Made by a program: the position numbers and the translations under genes. Below the pieces are notes generated by a model. That model had not been told where the DNA came from and ran no database searches. It worked only from the letters and a program-made list of their open reading frames with translations. DNA of 64,000 bases. Source: Syntrophorhabdaceae bacterium (lineage in GTDB: Bacteria; Desulfobacterota; Syntrophorhabdia; Syntrophorhabdales; Syntrophorhabdaceae). The stretch lies in assembly GCA_963665295.1 (NCBI GenBank), contig OY762209.1, forward strand, positions 3,648,001 through 3,712,000, given 5' to 3'. Shown in pieces: positions 20,502-30,278 of this stretch; within the stretch, counting starts at the first letter, position 1; the number at the start of each line of letters is the position of its first letter.

Positions 20502-22083
20502 AATCTGCTCCTTCCTCAGTGTGAGGTCCGCCTGGGGGTTTCCCGATCACGGGCAGGGAAAAGGTAAACCGATTGCCATACTCCGGAGAGGGGTCCACCC
20601 ATATTTTGCCGCCGTGGGCTTCAATAATTCCCTTGCAGATAGAAAGGCCGAGCCCGGTCCCCCCAATCTGTTTCGAGTAATGCAATCGGTAGAATTTGTC
20701 GAATACACGCTCCCGCTCTGTGGCGGGAACAGGCGGACTTTGATCCGTCACGGTAAAACAGAGCGACTCATCCCTGTAAAGGGCGAAGACGGAAATATCG
20801 CTGCCCTGAGGAGAATACTTGGCGGCGTTTTCCAGCAGGTTTATCACCACGTGTTCGATAAGCCCGAAATCTATACTCACAAGAGGAAGGTCCGAAGGGA
20901 TATCGATATGCAACGGGTGGTCCTGAAGGACATCTTTGAGTTCCCTGAGGGCAACTCCCAGGATGTCCTGAATATCGCACCACTGTTTGTTCAGCCTTAA
21001 CATGCCGCCCTCGAGCCTCACCATATCAAGGAGATTTGCCACGAAATGGTTCATGCGCACGGCTTCTTCCTTAATTGTCTGCAATAGAACCGTTTTGGTT
21101 TCCGCGTCGTATGGGGTATCTCCGGAGAGCAGACTCGTCACGGCGCCCGTAATTGAGGCGAGAGGTGTGCGAAGGTCGTGAGAGATGGAATTAAGCAACG
21201 CAGCATGGAGTTTTTCCGATTCAGCGAGCCACTGCGCCTGCTCTGCTTCCTTCGCGAGGTGCACCCTGATTATGGCCACTGCTCCGAGGTTTGCGAAAGC
21301 CTCGATAAGCTGCCTCTGCTCGGAGCCGAACCCGTCGGTATTCGCGTTAAACCGGATGGCAAGGACCGCCAGGGTCTTATCTTCGATGGAGATTGGGAAA
21401 AAGGTCAGGTCCGTTCCCCTGAGAGTGTCCGTCCCCTTTCCCGCGTACCGGCCGTGCTGGAAGACCCAGTGCGCTACGGCCCGCTCTCTGTCGTCAGCCA
21501 GGGCCATACCGGGAGACGAGGAAACTATCTCGCGAAGGGGTCCGACATCGGTTTCAGGCGACAGCACGATCGCCTCGCCGTCCACGGCGTGAGCAATAGT
21601 CGTTACGAAGGTCTCCAGCACCTGAATGAGGTCCGTTTTGGCGGCGATTTCCCGGCTCAAGCTATACAGGGCCAGCGTTCTCCTCTCACGCAGGAGCGCC
21701 TTTTCCGCTTCATCGCGAAGTCGTGTTGCCATCGTTCCTGTCACCAGCGCCACGAGCAGGTAAATGGCAAACACAAAAATATAGCGTATCTCCTCTACTG
21801 CGAAGGTGAGGTAGGGGGGGACGAAAAAGAAATCGAATGCCAGTACCCCGAGGAATGAGGCAAAGAGGGAGGGGCCTCGACCCCATCGCACCGCGCTCAC
21901 GAGCACCGGCAGGAGATATAATAGTGAGATGTTTATCCGGTCAAGGATGGGGTCGAAAGCCTTGCCTAACCCGGTAATGAACGCAACGGCGAGGAAAGAC
22001 CAGAGATAGAGCCTGAGAGAATCAATGAGCGGGCGGGGTGTATCTACCGACACCTTGTTTCCTTTCTTGTCTTCGCCATCCAT
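20491..22083 (-). CDS. kdpD: KdpD kinase part: 4TM (DUF4118) + GAF + HisKA + HATPase, no N-terminal KdpD/USP domains
   Basis: FDFFFVPP, SISHDLRTPL, NLLENAAKYS, GTGLGLSI; overlaps the kdpE start. Confidence 0.88.
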   Translation of the reverse strand: MDGEDKKGNKVSVDTPRPLIDSLRLYLWSFLAVAFITGLGKAFDPILDRINISLLYLLPVLVSAVRWGRGPSLFASFLGVLAFDFFFVPPYLTFAVEEIRYIFVFAIYLLVALVTGTMATRLRDEAEKALLRERRTLALYSLSREIAAKTDLIQVLETFVTTIAHAVDGEAIVLSPETDVGPLREIVSSSPGMALADDRERAVAHWVFQHGRYAGKGTDTLRGTDLTFFPISIEDKTLAVLAIRFNANTDGFGSEQRQLIEAFANLGAVAIIRVHLAKEAEQAQWLAESEKLHAALLNSISHDLRTPLASITGAVTSLLSGDTPYDAETKTVLLQTIKEEAVRMNHFVANLLDMVRLEGGMLRLNKQWCDIQDILGVALRELKDVLQDHPLHIDIPSDLPLVSIDFGLIEHVVINLLENAAKYSPQGSDISVFALYRDESLCFTVTDQSPPVPATERERVFDKFYRLHYSKQIGGTGLGLSICKGIIEAHGGKIWVDPSPEYGNRFTFSLPVIGKPPGGPHTEEGADYGI

Positions 22084-22236
22084 AAAAGTACCGTCTTCGT
22101 TTTTTTCATGATATAACAGTTCCCCGACGGAATCTATGGTTAATTCCGGCAGTCGGTGCGCTGGAAAGGGCGGAACCGCCTTCCTTGCGACAGGTCTGAG
22201 ACAGGGAAGGCGAGGCCATGAAAGCCTCCGAACTAG

Positions 22237-24159
22237 TCTGAAGTTCCCCGCCCAATATTAACCCATCACCTTGATATTCCAATGATTATGGCAGAAATTG
22301 ATTTCCCGTTACTGGCTACAGTCCGAGGAGGGCAAGGGCGCGGGCCTGGAGAGGTGTCGGATCAGTAAGAAGGGTGAAGGCCGGGGCCATGGAGTCCAAA
22401 ACCATCCTGCACCGGTTTTTGCATCGGGTCCCCAGTGCGGCAAGGAGGGTACGGAAGCTCTGGACGGGAAGGCCGTCAGGGGTGAGCTTGGTGGTCTTCT
22501 TTTTCTTTGCGGAAGAAGATGACTCCGCGGGCTTTACCGGGTCTCTCGTCGTTCGTGAGAGGGGAAGCTCCTCATCGTCGAAGAGCAGCGGCGTAAGGGC
22601 CTCCCTCATATGCCACTCTACGTAATAGGCGAGGGTGCAGAGAAAGATGTGGGCTCGCACGTGATCCTCGGTACGGTGGTGAATGGGACGGACGAGAAGA
22701 TCGATGCCCTTCAAGGTCCTGAAGGCCCGCTCTACCCGGGCAAGGTTCTTGTAGTTCCGTACCACATCGGCGGGAGGAAGGGCTGGTTCACTCGTACGGA
22801 TCACATAGATCCCGTCGAGGGCTTCTTCTTCGGTGATTGACTCCTCGTTCCGGGCGAATGAGAAGGACCCGTCTCCGATGGTAAGGATAAAGTGCTTCGC
22901 CATCTTGTGATCGTTGACTACCGCGCCGACTTTCTTCCCTATCTCCGCTGCGGAAAGAGGCGTCCTTGTCCTTCTCCCGACCGCCCGTACAATGGAGGAC
23001 AACTTCTTTTCCGTCACATCGAGGAGCGCGTTTCTTTTCCTCTTTCTCTCTTCGGCAAGAAGGGGGTTGAAGCAAGCGATGAGCCTTTCCCCCGGATACT
23101 CGGGAGAGGTGATTTCCGCAAAGTCCTGGGTATCGAAGAGGGACATCTGGATGCTCCCCTGTCCCACAAGCTCGCGTATGGCGGAAGACCTGAGGGCCGA
23201 TATCCACCCTATGCCGGGCATCTCCTTTATCTTTGTAATCTGTGTCTCCGTAAGCATGCCCCTGTCGCCCACGAGGACGAGGTGATCGAGACCGAATCTT
23301 TCTTTGAGCTTTGCCGTCTGGTCGGGAATGGTAGAGGGATCGCCCGTATTCCCCGGATAGACGGTAACTGCAACAGGTCGGCCTTCGTGATCGGTGAGTA
23401 CTCCATAGACGATGATCCTCTTTCCCTTTTCATCCCGGTCATGGCCGAACTGCGCAAGGGGACAGGTGTGGCCCTCGTAGTAACTGCTCGTCACATCGTA
23501 GAGCACGAGCGAGCCCTCGGTAAGGTGCTTATTCGCCAGCTTCTTCTCGATCCGCTCCTGTCTTGCCAAAAGCCAGTCCAGGGCATCATAGAGTTCGTCC
23601 TCATCGGCATCTGCAACCGAGAGTTCCTCCGCCACCGAAGTAGTATGCCAGAGCCTCGTAGTTGCTAATTTCGATGAGGGGTGGATGAGGCGTTCCACGA
23701 TCATGGCGATTACGAGGTCTCTCTCCCTTCCAGGCTTCGAGGCAATGACCGTATCAAGGCCAAGCTTCTTTATTGTCCCGAGTATGGCCTCCACATGGCC
23801 GTGGGGGAGAGACTGCTCAACCTTAAAGGCTTCCTTCGGAGAGACGAGAGACTCCCCTTTCAATACACGCCTCAAGAGCTCGATCTTCTCTTCCGGCCAA
23901 TCAGTGAGGTTTGCGACTGTCTTCTTCTTTATCTTTTTGCCTTCCCTCCATGCCTCCCTCAAGAGGATGGCGGGCCGGGAGTTGCGGTTGGGGATGCTTT
24001 CGATGTACATGGAACATATATAGCAAATAGCTTACCTACATGTCAAGTACATAATGCACTATTACATGGCAACAAGTAGAAGATATGATTATCACCCTAT
24101 TCCCGTCATTTCAACGGGATAGAGTGATATTGGGGGGATTTCACAGGGGGAACTTCGGA
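22237..24159. mobile_element. IS1634-like insertion sequence (about 1.9 kb)
   Basis: Terminal IRs TCTGAAGTTCCCC (22237-22249) and GGGGAACTTCGGA (24147-24159), 12/13 match; CTAG on both sides (22233-22236, 24160-24163). Confidence 0.88.
22316..24010 (-). CDS. DDE transposase, IS1634 family
   Basis: LYDVTSSY, VGDRGM, VERAFRTLKG..RPIHH..VRAHIFLC. Confidence 0.9.
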   Translation of the reverse strand: MYIESIPNRNSRPAILLREAWREGKKIKKKTVANLTDWPEEKIELLRRVLKGESLVSPKEAFKVEQSLPHGHVEAILGTIKKLGLDTVIASKPGRERDLVIAMIVERLIHPSSKLATTRLWHTTSVAEELSVADADEDELYDALDWLLARQERIEKKLANKHLTEGSLVLYDVTSSYYEGHTCPLAQFGHDRDEKGKRIIVYGVLTDHEGRPVAVTVYPGNTGDPSTIPDQTAKLKERFGLDHLVLVGDRGMLTETQITKIKEMPGIGWISALRSSAIRELVGQGSIQMSLFDTQDFAEITSPEYPGERLIACFNPLLAEERKRKRNALLDVTEKKLSSIVRAVGRRTRTPLSAAEIGKKVGAVVNDHKMAKHFILTIGDGSFSFARNEESITEEEALDGIYVIRTSEPALPPADVVRNYKNLARVERAFRTLKGIDLLVRPIHHRTEDHVRAHIFLCTLAYYVEWHMREALTPLLFDDEELPLSRTTRDPVKPAESSSSAKKKKTTKLTPDGLPVQSFRTLLAALGTRCKNRCRMVLDSMAPAFTLLTDPTPLQARALALLGL

Positions 24160-25083
24160 CTAGTGATCAGGCTCGGGGTGAACGGTAACATCGGAACCGG
24201 GCAGGACCCTACGGATCGCAGCCTCTATCTCCTCCGTCAGGTCGTGGGCCTGTCTCAGCGTCAGGTCGCCACTGATGTATACGTGCAGGTCGACGAAAAA
24301 TTGACTGCCCGCAGTGCGAATGCGGACGCTGTGGCAATTGAGGACGTCCGGCAGTGCTTGCACCGCGTCGACGATCTTCTCTTCAGCGCCGACGGGCGCT
24401 GAATCGAGGAGGGCATTGATGGTCCGAATGCCCAGTTTTGCGCTTATCTGGATTACTATCAGGCCTACTATGATGGCCGCCACCGTGTCCGCATAGTGAA
24501 GAAAGGGGTACGCATTTAACCACTCATGCAACTTTACGCAAAAGAGTCCCAGAAGTACTACCCCGGAACTCCAGATGTCGGTGCCAAAGTGCAGGGCGTC
24601 GGCCTCAAGGGCCTGACTGTTGAATTCTCGCGCGGTACGATAAAGCATGCGGGATCTTGAGAAATCGACTGCAATCGATACGACTATGACGGCGAAAGAC
24701 CATATATTGACCTCAATCTCGATTTTGCCGGAGACGATACGCTGAACTGCGGTATAGATAATCCAGAAACACGTGACAAGCAAAAGGATTGTCTCGATGA
24801 AGGCCGAGATGTTCTCTACCTTGCCGTGGCCGTATGGATGCTCATGATCCGCAGGTTTGTCGGATTTCCTCACCGCCACTGCCGTTATTATGGCTGCCAC
24901 AAGGTCCAAGCCTGAATGGGCGGCTTCAGCAAGCAGACCAAGGCTTCCCGTGATGAGGCCGACGACGAGCTTGAACCCGGTCAGGGCAAAGGCGGCAGCC
25001 ACCGAACTACCCGCGACCCGTTGCTTTTTATGTTGTCCTTTGGTCTTCACTGAACTCTTGGCTCTCATGGGAAAAGCAATCAC
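24160..25083 (-). CDS. Cation diffusion facilitator (FieF-like) transporter
   Basis: AEAAHSGLD, HPYGHGKVE, ADALHFGTD, VTVHPEP; start may be ATG 25068. Confidence 0.92.
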   Translation of the reverse strand: MIAFPMRAKSSVKTKGQHKKQRVAGSSVAAAFALTGFKLVVGLITGSLGLLAEAAHSGLDLVAAIITAVAVRKSDKPADHEHPYGHGKVENISAFIETILLLVTCFWIIYTAVQRIVSGKIEIEVNIWSFAVIVVSIAVDFSRSRMLYRTAREFNSQALEADALHFGTDIWSSGVVLLGLFCVKLHEWLNAYPFLHYADTVAAIIVGLIVIQISAKLGIRTINALLDSAPVGAEEKIVDAVQALPDVLNCHSVRIRTAGSQFFVDLHVYISGDLTLRQAHDLTEEIEAAIRRVLPGSDVTVHPEPDH

Positions 25084-25104
25084 TCCTTATTGCAAGTAAT
25101 CGTT

Positions 25105-25213
25105 GAAACCGTCTTGTCTCCAAAACCGCGACGCGGAGTGAGAGTGTTTCTTCCGGCCGTACAGGTTTGAGCCGGCGCACCTCGTCCGTGCAGGGTGAGC
25201 CTATGGCGGCCAC
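25105..25213 (-). pseudogene. Remnant of a MaoC-family dehydratase
   Basis: GSPCTDEVRRLKPVRPEETLSLRVAVLETRR resembles the MaoC C-terminal motif (GSPG.DE.RW..PVRPGDTL.....V.E.R); no N-terminal part in frame. Confidence 0.55.
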
Positions 25214-25489
25214 GGTACGTAGTCCTCCGGGTATCGTTCATTGACCGGGGCAGCGAAGGGGGCACTACCCAGTTCGGTTCTTCCCTGTTTGAAATAATGG
25301 GCTGTTCCTGTACGCCATAATCCTTCGGACTCCCGGGCATTTGGTGCCTCTATGTTCTTAAAGGAGATTGGGGGCCCGGGTCAAGGAAAAAAGTATTAAA
25401 TAAAAGTTTATTGCAACTTATTTGATAGCGTTTTATAATATAGCAAGGGGATGAGGATCAGGCTCTTGTGATCAAAAGGAGGTACGTCC

Positions 25490-25921
25490 GTGAAGAAATC
25501 TATCCTTTTATCCGTTATAGTGGCAGGGGTCATAGCTGTTTGCGTCGCAGGGACATCATTGTGGTCCGCAACGACCCAACCCGAGAGTGCATCCGCGACG
25601 GCAGGCGAGGTTACGTGTCCCGCAAGCGGATCAAACCCCTATGTGAGTTCGACTTTTCCATCCAATACCTTGTTGCAGGCGATTGTTTTTAATGCGTACC
25701 CCACGGCAAAAGGCGCCCCGATGAAGTTCATGGGGAAGTTTCAGGCCAGCGGCACCGGGGTATATACGTGGAATGCTTACTCCTACGCGAGTGCGACAGG
25801 GGATTTTAACCTTTATTCGATAAACCTCGTAAAGACGGACACGAACTACTGGCTTTACACCTTTACCATTAGTACCACTACGTGTAGCGGACTTCTGCAG
25901 AAAACGTATACTACGAACTGA
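25490..25921 (+). CDS. Secreted hypothetical protein (Ser/Thr/Tyr-rich, two Cys in mature part)
   Basis: AGGAGG RBS, GTG start, signal peptide, AT-rich promoter region upstream. Confidence 0.7.
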   Translation: MKKSILLSVIVAGVIAVCVAGTSLWSATTQPESASATAGEVTCPASGSNPYVSSTFPSNTLLQAIVFNAYPTAKGAPMKFMGKFQASGTGVYTWNAYSYASATGDFNLYSINLVKTDTNYWLYTFTISTTTCSGLLQKTYTTN

Positions 25922-25995
25922 GAGCGAAGGGCCTGAGGCGCCCGCGAATCACGGGGCCCCGGACCGCGCTTCTTTGCAAATGTGCCCCTGAAGGC

Positions 25996-26415
25996 TCACT
26001 CCAGAAAGGGGAGCTTCTCCTTCTTTCTGTATACAAGCGCCTGACACAGCGCGATTAAACCCTCTTCGTCCCTTACCGTGATTTGATACGTGGCAGTCTT
26101 CCGACCCTTGTTCATTTCCCTGGATTCCGCCTGAAGGAGTGAATTCTTTTTCGCGGGTTTGATGTAAGTGATGTTCATGTTGAGGGCGACAGCCATGGTC
26201 CCATGACTGTTTGAGGATATCTCGAAGGCCTCGTCGATCAGGGAAAAGACGGCGCCGCCGTGGGCGATGTTATGGATATTGTCCATTGCGTCGGTGTACA
26301 TCATTTCGCAGAGGGCGTAGCCCTCATCGACGTCGATGAGACGGATATTGAGGAATTTGGCAAAGGGTTCTTCCGTGACCTTCTTGATGAATATCTGTCT
26401 TGTTTCCGTGTCCAT
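25996..26415 (-). CDS. PaaI-family hotdog-fold thioesterase
   Basis: N.H..AHGGAVFSLIDEAF motif. Confidence 0.9.
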   Translation of the reverse strand: MDTETRQIFIKKVTEEPFAKFLNIRLIDVDEGYALCEMMYTDAMDNIHNIAHGGAVFSLIDEAFEISSNSHGTMAVALNMNITYIKPAKKNSLLQAESREMNKGRKTATYQITVRDEEGLIALCQALVYRKKEKLPFLE

Positions 26416-26449
26416 AGTCGATCTCCTTTATTTTTACGTTAGGCCTTTT

Positions 26450-27661
26450 TTAGGCCTTCTTTTTCAATATGAGGGATCCTGCGGCTCCGATGATGGAGAC
26501 AAAGGCGGACAGGAGGAATGCGTTGGTGAAGTTCCCTGTTGCGTCCTTAATCCACCCGGCCACGGCAGGACCGAATGCCTGCCCTATGCCGAAGAAAAGG
26601 GTAATGAACCCCAGTCCGGCAGGCGCGAGCCTTCCTCCTACGGAATCGCCCGCTGCCGCAGCCATGATCGCCGGTATTGAGAACGCGGTGATGCCGAAGA
26701 TGACTGCAGAGAGGTAAAACCCGACGGGACCCTTCCAGAAGGCAAAGATCAGATACGAGAGAGCCAGGGTCAGATACGCGAACATGGCGCCGTACCTCCG
26801 CCCGAGCACGTCGGAAATACCGCCCCAGACGACGCCGCAGAAGATGCTGAAGAAACCGAGCAACGCAAAGATTCCCCCGGCGGCCTTGGGGGCCAGCCCC
26901 ATCTCCTTGGTAAGGTAGGCCACAAAAAAGGTGAGATAAATAATGTAAGAGAACCCATACATGAAGTAGACGCAGCCGAGTTTCCAGATTTCCTTCTCTC
27001 CCACCACGTCCTTCCATGCGGAAAAGAGGGTGACTTTAGGGCCCCCTTTCGATTCTTCCGCGCCGCCGAATACGCTGAGCCCCATCTCTGCGGGGTTATC
27101 CCTGAGGAGGCAATAGCATACGAGGGAAAGGACAAAGACTATGGCACCCATGAGATACCAGGCATACCTCCAGCCTTCCTGGCCGTACCTGGTGATGAAG
27201 AAAGGAAGAATAAGTCCCGATATGGAAAGCCCTATGCCGATGCCTGCGGCAACGATGCCCGTTGCGAGGCCTCTCTTCTTGGCTACGAACCATGCAGCGG
27301 GAAGTGCCATCATGGGGACATAGCTCGCGCCGTTGCCCATACCGGTGATGAGCCGCATAAGAAAAGCAAACCCGAAGGATTCGGAAAGGCCGGTAAGGAA
27401 CAGGCTGATTCCCATGACGAGAAGGGAAACGAGGGTGACTTTTCTTACTCCGAACCGCGCCGCCAGAAACCCTCCGATTACCGCGAGACAGAGATATCCG
27501 ATAAAGTTGCCTGTGGCTATGAGACCTACCTGGGTGTAATCAAGAGACAGGCCTTCCTTCATCGAAGGAAGTATTACGGAATAAGACATCCTGCCGAATC
27601 CGTGAGAAAGGACGACGACCAAAGTTCCCGTAAAAGCCACGATCCACGCGTAATGTACCAT
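26450..27661 (-). CDS. MFS transporter
   Basis: About 12 hydrophobic segments; GFLAARFGVR and GGISDVLGRR motif-A loops. Confidence 0.92.
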   Translation of the reverse strand: MVHYAWIVAFTGTLVVVLSHGFGRMSYSVILPSMKEGLSLDYTQVGLIATGNFIGYLCLAVIGGFLAARFGVRKVTLVSLLVMGISLFLTGLSESFGFAFLMRLITGMGNGASYVPMMALPAAWFVAKKRGLATGIVAAGIGIGLSISGLILPFFITRYGQEGWRYAWYLMGAIVFVLSLVCYCLLRDNPAEMGLSVFGGAEESKGGPKVTLFSAWKDVVGEKEIWKLGCVYFMYGFSYIIYLTFFVAYLTKEMGLAPKAAGGIFALLGFFSIFCGVVWGGISDVLGRRYGAMFAYLTLALSYLIFAFWKGPVGFYLSAVIFGITAFSIPAIMAAAAGDSVGGRLAPAGLGFITLFFGIGQAFGPAVAGWIKDATGNFTNAFLLSAFVSIIGAAGSLILKKKA

Positions 27662-27688
27662 GGATAACCCCCTTGCGTAAGCATTGCA

Positions 27689-28444
27689 TCAGGAAATGCC
27701 TGACAGCATGTCGCTCATACGCTTCGCGGCCTCGCCAAGATGGGCGATTACGGACGGAAGCACCTTGTCGTGAAGCGAATCCGATAATCCTACAACCCAC
27801 AAAAGCCCCCTAAGCTTGCCGTCCCGAAAAACGGGAGCGGTGACGGCCCGCACCCCTTCGCGGAATTCTTCAAGATTGAGGGCATACCCGTACCGCCTTG
27901 CCTTTTCAACTTCGCGAAGAAGCCCGTCTATGTCGGTGATGCTCTTGGCGGTGTAATGGGGAAGAGGTTTGTCTTTCAGGTAATCGCGAATCTCCGGATC
28001 AGTCATGGTACTGAGGTAGACCTTAAGGAGCGCGGGAGTCATAATGGGAAAGAGGGCGCCCACAGGCGTGGCGATGGTGAATTCCTTTTTCCCTTCGACT
28101 ACCTGTACTACCCTCACCCTGTCACCTTCTACAACCCCCAGGCAGATTGTCTCATCCACAAGCTCCGAGAGACTTTCCATAAAAGGCCTCACCAGGATAC
28201 TGAACTCCGTGGCAAGGAGGGTCTCCTTCGAGAACCGGATCAGGCCTTCTGCCACGCGATACTGTTTGGTCGCCCGGTCCTGTTCGAGGAAACCTTCTTC
28301 CTTGAGGGCCCCAAGTATTCCGAAGGCAGTGCTTTTGTTGAGACCGAGGTTCTTCGATATCTCGCTCACTCCCGCGGGTTTTTCGCGGTGGACTATAAAA
28401 CGGAGGACCCCTATGGCCTTTCTTACGGCATCGGCACTATACAT
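27689..28444 (-). CDS. IclR-family transcriptional regulator
   Basis: N-terminal HTH (GVSEIS..LGLNKSTAF), C-terminal R.YGYA...EE...GVRAVTAPVF. Confidence 0.92.
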   Translation of the reverse strand: MYSADAVRKAIGVLRFIVHREKPAGVSEISKNLGLNKSTAFGILGALKEEGFLEQDRATKQYRVAEGLIRFSKETLLATEFSILVRPFMESLSELVDETICLGVVEGDRVRVVQVVEGKKEFTIATPVGALFPIMTPALLKVYLSTMTDPEIRDYLKDKPLPHYTAKSITDIDGLLREVEKARRYGYALNLEEFREGVRAVTAPVFRDGKLRGLLWVVGLSDSLHDKVLPSVIAHLGEAAKRMSDMLSGIS

Positions 28445-28566
28445 GTTCGTTATAGTGAATTATATGCCTTGTATCAAACCTGTCAAGCTAATTATGCTTG
28501 ACATATAACACCATAATGGATAAAGAGTTAAATATGGTATATCGATTAGCGTTCGGTATAAAGAAT
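28445..28566. promoter_or_regulatory. Divergent promoter region with two candidate IclR operators
   Basis: GTTCGTTATAGTGAAT (28445-28460) and GTTCGGTATAAAGAAT (28551-28566). Confidence 0.55.
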
Positions 28567-28577
28567 AGGAGGCCGGC

Positions 28578-29462
28578 ATGACGAAAGAACATCTCGACAT
28601 GAGGGGATTTCTTATAATGGTTATCCTGACCTTGCTGTGGGGAATAAACTATCCCGCAGTCAAGATATCGAACGCGGGGTTCTCTCCCATCTTCAACTCT
28701 TTTCTCAGGTCGTCCATTGCCTCCCTCCTGGGCATTGCATATTGCATAAGGATAAAGGAGCCTTTTTTTCACAAGGACATCCGTCTGTTCCACGGCTTCA
28801 TGGTGGGACTCTTCTTTGGGCTGGAATTCGTCTGTATTTATCTGGGGATGTATTACACCGACTCGGCGCGGGCGGTGATACTTATCAATATCTCCCCCTT
28901 TGTCGTGGTTATAGGGGCGTATGTCTTTCTCAAAGAAAACCTGAGTGTCAGGAAAGTGGCAGGGCTTATACTGGCGTTCGCGGGATTGTATCTGGTATTT
29001 CGCGGGAAACCGAGGACATGGACGCCATCCATGCTGACAGGAGACCTCCTTGAGATAGGTGGGGCAGTCTTCTGGGGGGCGACCACCGTCTATATCAAGA
29101 AGTACCTGGCGGAAAGGGTCCATCCTATTCACACATTTCTCTATCAACTCGTCTTTTCCGTCCCTGTCACCTTTGTGTGCGCCCTTCTCCTTGAGGACAA
29201 GTGGATATTGGACGTCAATGCCACGATACTTGGCGCCCTCTTGTATTCTTCGGTGATTGTGGCCTTTATCTCGTATTTTGTCTGGTTTAAGCTGATCCAC
29301 GTGTACCCTGTGTCGGAACTCGCGGTCTTTACATTTCTTATGCCGGTCTTCGGCGTTGCCGCGGGAGCTCTCATCCTTAAGGAGCAGCTTACCTTCGGGC
29401 TCCTGGCAGGACTTTGTGCTGTCAGTATAGGCATCTATATAACGAACAAACGAGCCCGGTAA
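28578..29462 (+). CDS. EamA/DMT-family transporter
   Basis: LWGINYPAVK, about 10 TM segments in two repeats, GGAGG RBS. Confidence 0.92.
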   Translation: MTKEHLDMRGFLIMVILTLLWGINYPAVKISNAGFSPIFNSFLRSSIASLLGIAYCIRIKEPFFHKDIRLFHGFMVGLFFGLEFVCIYLGMYYTDSARAVILINISPFVVVIGAYVFLKENLSVRKVAGLILAFAGLYLVFRGKPRTWTPSMLTGDLLEIGGAVFWGATTVYIKKYLAERVHPIHTFLYQLVFSVPVTFVCALLLEDKWILDVNATILGALLYSSVIVAFISYFVWFKLIHVYPVSELAVFTFLMPVFGVAAGALILKEQLTFGLLAGLCAVSIGIYITNKRAR

Positions 29463-29770
29463 GGAAGAAACCGCTCCCGCGGTCCGGGCAACCGGCCCTG
29501 CCGGGTATTACCCGAAAACGATCTACAGATCCTCTCGGTCAGCCGTGCTCCATTGACATGCCCGCAGGAGAACACTAAATAGTGACTATGTGGTGCGAGG
29601 CAGCCGGTTAGGGGCAGGGTGGCGCAAAGGGGGCTTTCCGCCGGAAAAAAGGGAATACCGCGCGAGGAGACGGAAGTGATGGGGCACCCCCCGGGGGAAG
29701 AAATCCGATCTTCTTGACGGGGCCATCTGTGTGGGATATCCTGTTGACCAGTGTTTGAGGGGTAAAACGA

Positions 29771-30244
29771 ATGACTTTTCAAATTAAGGCAAATCCGATA
29801 GGTATCATCCATTCTCTCTACACCACAAAAGATGAGACCCCTATACAGGGAGTCATGGCTCCCGACGGGTTCGCCAGGGTCGAGATTTTCCCCGAGTACG
29901 CGGAGGGACTCAAGGACATTGAGGCATTCACTCACATCTTTCTCATCTACGCCTTCGACAGGGCGGGACCGGTCACGCTTGTTCGCCCCACGTTTCTCGA
30001 TGACAAACCGCACGGGGTGTTCGCGTCCCGGCATCCGTGCCGTCCTTCGGGACTTGGCCTCACGGTGGTCAGGCTTGTCGGCCGGGAGGGTAATATCCTC
30101 CACGTGAGCGGGATAGATGTACTGGACAGGACGCCTCTTGTCGACATCAAGCCCTACGTACGGAGATTTGATTGTTTCCCTGAAGCGTCGGAGGGATGGG
30201 TTTCAGGTGTGGTTGAAAGACCGAAACCGGAAGGCAGAGAATAG
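29771..30244 (+). CDS. tsaA: TsaA/TrmO-family SAM-binding tRNA methyltransferase-like protein
   Basis: PIGIIHS, GVFASRHPCRP, GIDVLDRTPLVDIKPY. Confidence 0.88.
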   Translation: MTFQIKANPIGIIHSLYTTKDETPIQGVMAPDGFARVEIFPEYAEGLKDIEAFTHIFLIYAFDRAGPVTLVRPTFLDDKPHGVFASRHPCRPSGLGLTVVRLVGREGNILHVSGIDVLDRTPLVDIKPYVRRFDCFPEASEGWVSGVVERPKPEGRE

Positions 30245-30278
30245 ACCGGCCTGAATCCTGGCCGGGAAGGACTGAAAC

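Noticed and set aside
29463..29770. Riboswitch (e.g. c-di-GMP) upstream of tsaA
   Set aside because: Only an isolated GCAAAG; the required stem architecture is not recognisable.
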